Shown: positions 59,783-64,000 of the stretch, one piece after another
Position numbering within the stretch: the first letter of the stretch is position 1
How the letters are laid out: each line of letters opens with the position of its first letter
Position numbers and translations under genes: made by a program
Assembly (NCBI GenBank): GCA_963779615.1
Contig: CAVZZA010000005.1
Span: 352,001 to 416,000 of the forward strand
DNA: 64,000 nucleotides
Reading direction: 5' to 3'
Source of the DNA: an uncultured Nitrososphaeraceae archaeon
Lineage (GTDB): Archaea > Thermoproteota > Nitrososphaeria > Nitrososphaerales > Nitrososphaeraceae
Notes under the pieces: model-generated
Seen by the model: the letters and a program-made list of their open reading frames with translations, nothing else
Databases searched by the model: none
Told to the model about the DNA's origin: nothing

Positions 59783-60384
59783 ATGAACAACACAAAAAAC
59801 ATTTTGCTTATGGCAGCGATAACGTCATTACTAATAATGGGAACAAGCATAGTCCCAATGCAGTCATATGCAGACAGGGACAATGACAACGACAAAAAAA
59901 CCAATGACTTTAAACCCTCAATAAGCGCAAGCTATGAATCAGACAAAAAAAGCGCAAGCCAACACCAGGACCAGGACAACTTCTGCTACAGGGGCGACAA
60001 CGAATGTGAACAAGCCAACCAAGGACAACAGATAGCCGGCAAGGACAATGAAGTAACCGGGTTCACTGACCAAAGCGAGAATATCCAGCAGTCATTAATC
60101 CCAATACAACCTGGAACAGGAACAGGAAATGGGACAACGCCAACGCCAACGCCAAAAACCTGTGTAGAATGCATTACAACTCTTCTTACAACACCAGAGA
60201 TAAATGAAGCCAAGAGAATTCTTTTTGTACAGGTTCACATACAGATGAACAATTATGTAATTTATTGGGCTCCTTATCCGCAGGGGAAGTTATAAACCTT
60301 TTAGAGGGATCAGGAGTTGACCCAACAATAGTTACTAAAGTGATAGAGTGCTTAAGATCTGTCGGAACAATATCTGGACCATAA
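59783..60384 (+). pseudogene. Secreted Gln/Asn-rich protein with a Cys-containing helical tail, frameshifted in a T-run
   Basis: Signal peptide, QDNFCYRGDNECEQANQGQQ and TCVEC; after a shift at about 60224 it continues EQLCNLL...GVDPTIVTKVIECLRSVG to TAA at 60384. Confidence 0.7.
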
Positions 60385-60560
60385 CCATATTACTATCCAT
60401 TGACAAAAAGAATCGCCAAATAGCGACAAAAAGACACCTAAAACCATACAAACCTGACCATTCAATAGGATAGGCAGGCAACACTCCTCCTTTTTATTTT
60501 TATCAAGGTTCTTCTTATGCATGAAAAAGAATTTGTTTTTACTATGGATTTTAGAATTGC

Positions 60561-61397
60561 CTAATCGTCAAATAGTTCCTTTAGTCTTTTAATGCTTTCC
60601 AAATGGTCTTCAGAAATTCCATTATCGTATTTATAGTTCAATTGGGCTTGCATTGTTTCAGTAACTTTATCATCTACCTGCTTGTGTTTACTGGGTGATT
60701 CGAAGTTATTATCTTCAAGTGAATTATCTTCTTTTGCATTGTCTTTGATACCATTAAAATCAAAAGGATTATTAGAGTTTTCAGGTTTGTCAATACTTTG
60801 TCTTTCGACTGGGTTCCTATCAGTGTCTCGATCATTCTTATTTGGGTCTGTTCCCTTTGAGTGTAAAGAATCGGCATAACTTGAATCAAGCATGTCCTTA
60901 TCATAGAATTTTGATAAATTAGTTACAAAGGGCAAATCTTTTATCAAAAGGGTGTATGTCTTTGAAAGGCTGTGGAGTTCTTTTGTTGCGAGAATCTTTG
61001 TTTCTTTTGTTGTGTTTGTGTCCATCATTATTTTCCACATCTCCTTTTTTAGGTGCTCTATCTCGTCTATGCATTTTCTGTATGCCCCAACATATGCAAA
61101 ATGGTCCTTGGCCATATGATAATACCATTCCCTGTTTTCCTGCTCCTCTGCCTTCTTTAGGTATTCCATACAGGACCACTCTATCCATATCTTGGTCTTG
61201 GAGGCTATATACTGTTGTATACCCTTTAGGGTAAAGCCCTTTATGATTGCCTCCTTGTAGTTAAGCCTTACCAATTCTTTTTCTGTTCTTCTTAGTTGCT
61301 TCAATGACTTTACTCTCTTTAGTATTATTATCCTGTTGCCAAATATGTCTTCGTCTATTTCATTATAATGTTTAGAATTTTTTTCTGAAAATGCCAA
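60561..61397 (-). CDS. Hypothetical helical protein within the tRNA-Ser island
   Basis: 278-aa ORF; charged helical N-terminal two-thirds and an acidic disordered tail. Confidence 0.7.
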   Translation of the reverse strand: MAFSEKNSKHYNEIDEDIFGNRIIILKRVKSLKQLRRTEKELVRLNYKEAIIKGFTLKGIQQYIASKTKIWIEWSCMEYLKKAEEQENREWYYHMAKDHFAYVGAYRKCIDEIEHLKKEMWKIMMDTNTTKETKILATKELHSLSKTYTLLIKDLPFVTNLSKFYDKDMLDSSYADSLHSKGTDPNKNDRDTDRNPVERQSIDKPENSNNPFDFNGIKDNAKEDNSLEDNNFESPSKHKQVDDKVTETMQAQLNYKYDNGISEDHLESIKRLKELFDD

Positions 61398-61587
61398 GAT
61401 TATATTTATAAATATGTTGCAATAGAATATAGCCTTTTTGATTATTGCAATTATTTTTTATAACATGGTTAATATTATGTTACCATAGCAAATATCTTTT
61501 ATCTTTGGTTTAGTTACGAAGTATGAATTTTACCTTTTGGAATTTTTCCATATGATCACAACAATGCAAAAAGAGGATAGGATATAT

Positions 61588-61956
61588 TCATTTTATTTTT
61601 TGAAAATAATAAAATGAGTTCACACCACTGGCAAATGAAGATTCTTTGCCTTCGTCAATAGCCATCAGGCTATATCCTTCTTTTGTCAGGTCCTCAAATG
61701 CTATAATAAATTCAACCTGAGTTCCATATTTTCTTTGAAGAATTGCTATATACTCACTTTTGAACTGTATGACTCCGTCTTTGTCCCAATACTGCTTATA
61801 TGATCCAACTCTTTTTAGTAAAGCAGAATACCGATCTTTTTTAATTTGGTTAGAATCCTCATTATTGTTTTGCAGTTTATTGGTGGAACTGCCACAAAAA
61901 GAACAGAATTTTAAATTTTCAGCTATTTCCTTACCGCAAGTGGCACAAAAAGCCAT
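61588..61956 (-). CDS. Zinc-ribbon domain protein
   Basis: N-terminal FCATCG.......KFCSFCG. Confidence 0.8.
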   Translation of the reverse strand: MAFCATCGKEIAENLKFCSFCGSSTNKLQNNNEDSNQIKKDRYSALLKRVGSYKQYWDKDGVIQFKSEYIAILQRKYGTQVEFIIAFEDLTKEGYSLMAIDEGKESSFASGVNSFYYFQKIK

Positions 61957-62822
61957 ATAGAACCGATATATTACAAATATAAAAATTCAACGATAAATTG
62001 ATTAATTCACCTATCGATACTAGTCACCCAAGTTATACGTTAGAGTAAAATGAATTTAAAACAGTTTAAAAGCACTCTTGCAAAACAATTCAAATCAATT
62101 AATAGATTTCTATATGTTGAATTTAGAAGAATCTATAGTTAGCAGGCAAATTCTCCATTAAAGAAATGGAGTTAAAGAGAAGATATAGAGAAATCAACCC
62201 TCCATGTTTCCTTTAGGTTATAAAATAAAGAAAAAATATTTGGTTAAGAATGCATATGTCTTCATTTACCGGATAGTATTGTCATTTATCAAGAAATGGA
62301 GAAAATTTACTCAGGCCAGCTCTTGCGGGTATTGTAATTATAATTATTTCTACTTTTTTCTTTGCAGCACAGAGCAACCCAAAACTTAAACCTTATTGGC
62401 CCTCTAATTTTTTGAATCCAGATACCTCAACAATTGTCAAATATGCGATACAAATAACATGAAGAATCACACTTGGAAGGTCAAAAATATGATTGAGAAT
62501 GATTATAAAAAAGAACGTTTGAGTTAATAAAGAATGGTAATTATAAAACAGTGTCTTTATTTGATACTTCTTAATTGTATTGGATAATCAATTGAATTTT
62601 GGATTTTATTTACATTTTTTAGTTGCTTTAGTTGCGTTTTAAAAAACCTTTGCGTTATTTGATTCTTCGGTTATGCTATTCTCTTCAAAATTTATTTCGT
62701 ATGGTTTTTTAACCAAAGTATGTTTGGTTGAATTGTTAAAACTCATTGCTTTTATTTTATAAATATTTGGAATTTTGTAAGGTGACTTCTTATATGCATT
62801 TATACAAAGTATTGTAACATAA

Positions 62823-64000
62823 ATGAGTAATTTAATTTACAAATGCAGTTTCTTTAACTTTAATATAACTGTGTTTGTTCTAATTGTTTTTTCAATATTG
62901 GCGATTGCTAATCCACTCCATTTCCCTAATGCATTGGCTCAATACCCATTAATCGATGTTTTGAATTTGATTAGTAAGGGTCATGACCTATATTATTTAA
63001 GTAATTATACTGAAGCCATAAAATCCTTTGACAAAGCCTTGCAACTAGATTCCTACTAATACAGATGCTTTGATTATGAAAGTTTACACTCTGGGTGATC
63101 AAGGGCAATTACTCTGAAGCCACAAAACTTTTAGATAAAGTGTTGAGTATTGATTCTGGTAATGAAGATGCATTATCCATAAAAGAATTAGCCATGTATA
63201 GTTTAGATGGTCATAATGAATCAATAGGATCTTATGATAAAATATTGGCTGTAGATCCTAATGATAGGGATGCTTTGTATGATAAAGGTATTGAGTTAAG
63301 AAGTTTTGGCAACTACACTGGAGCTTATAGAATACTTGGATAGAGTATTGGCTTTTGACCCAACAAATCCACAGGTCTTGAATAACAAAGGCGACACTCT
63401 AAATAAGTTGGGCAACCTCACAGGGGACTGATAAAATATTATGACAAAGTCTTAAAGATATACCCGAAAGAAGATAGAGCCTTGATTAGCAAAGGTGACG
63501 CCCTATATAATTTGGGCAACTACACTGGAGCAATAGAATGCTATGACAAAGCATTGTTGCAGGGCAAATCCTAAGAATAGAGAGGCTTCAGAACACAAAG
63601 CCTATGTCTTGTCTGTCATGGGTAACCAAACTGGATCGATAAAATCCTATGATAGAATCTTGAGTCTTTATCCAAATTATACAGATGCTTTGAAAAACAA
63701 AGGCCTTGGTCTATTAAACCTGCATAATTATACTGAAGCCATAAAATCCTTTGACAAAGCCTTGTTGGCAGATCCAGAGGATACTAGTGCCTTAAAACCC
63801 AAAGCATATGCATTATTTGCCATGGGCAACTACACTGGAGCTATAGAATACTATGACAAAACATTGGACATAAACCCCAAAGATACCATAACCTTGATTA
63901 GCAAAGGTGACGCCCTATCAAAGTTAGGCGTTTATGATGGATCTATTGCATACTATGACAAAGCCCTGACTATAGATCCTGAAAATCCGGTTGCGTTGAA
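62823..64000 (+). pseudogene. Secreted TPR-repeat protein with multiple frameshifts; runs off the window
   Basis: Signal peptide and repeated KG..L..LGNYTGAI.YYDKAL.IDP units spread over changing frames (breaks near 63057, 63340, 63425 and 63565). Confidence 0.8.

Overview
AT-rich archaeal DNA. The gene set (PAC2 chaperone, archaeal Hsp20, PolB2, FxLYD-domain surface protein, MEDS protein, IS6 and IS5-like elements, intron-containing tRNA-Ser) fits a soil ammonia-oxidising archaeon of the Nitrososphaeraceae, most like Ca. Nitrosocosmicus. That assignment comes from family recognition, not a database search. Most of the window is accessory: repeat-rich secreted proteins, stress and redox enzymes (HtrA, MsrB, Hsp20, USPs, nitroreductase, P450, NDH-2), one intact IS6 element with 18-bp inverted repeats and an 8-bp target duplication, several IS remnants and many frameshifted genes. 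Two outward-facing tRNAs (Ala-GGC at 49.2 kb, Ser-GGA at 57.7 kb) each have a decayed integrative element beyond their 3' end. The most notable observations are four. (1) A four-copy array of cassettes, each with its own promoter and encoding a small secreted peptide with a constant N-terminus and a mosaic, Cys-looped C-terminus. (2) A perfect 36-bp inverted copy of the tRNA-Ser 3' half, ending and starting 92 bp apart. (3) An NDH-2-type flavoprotein fused to a membrane domain through a C2H2 zinc finger. (4) A collapsed integrase/replication-protein chimera next to tRNA-Ala. No CRISPR array or rRNA was seen. Some frameshifts may be sequencing or assembly errors.
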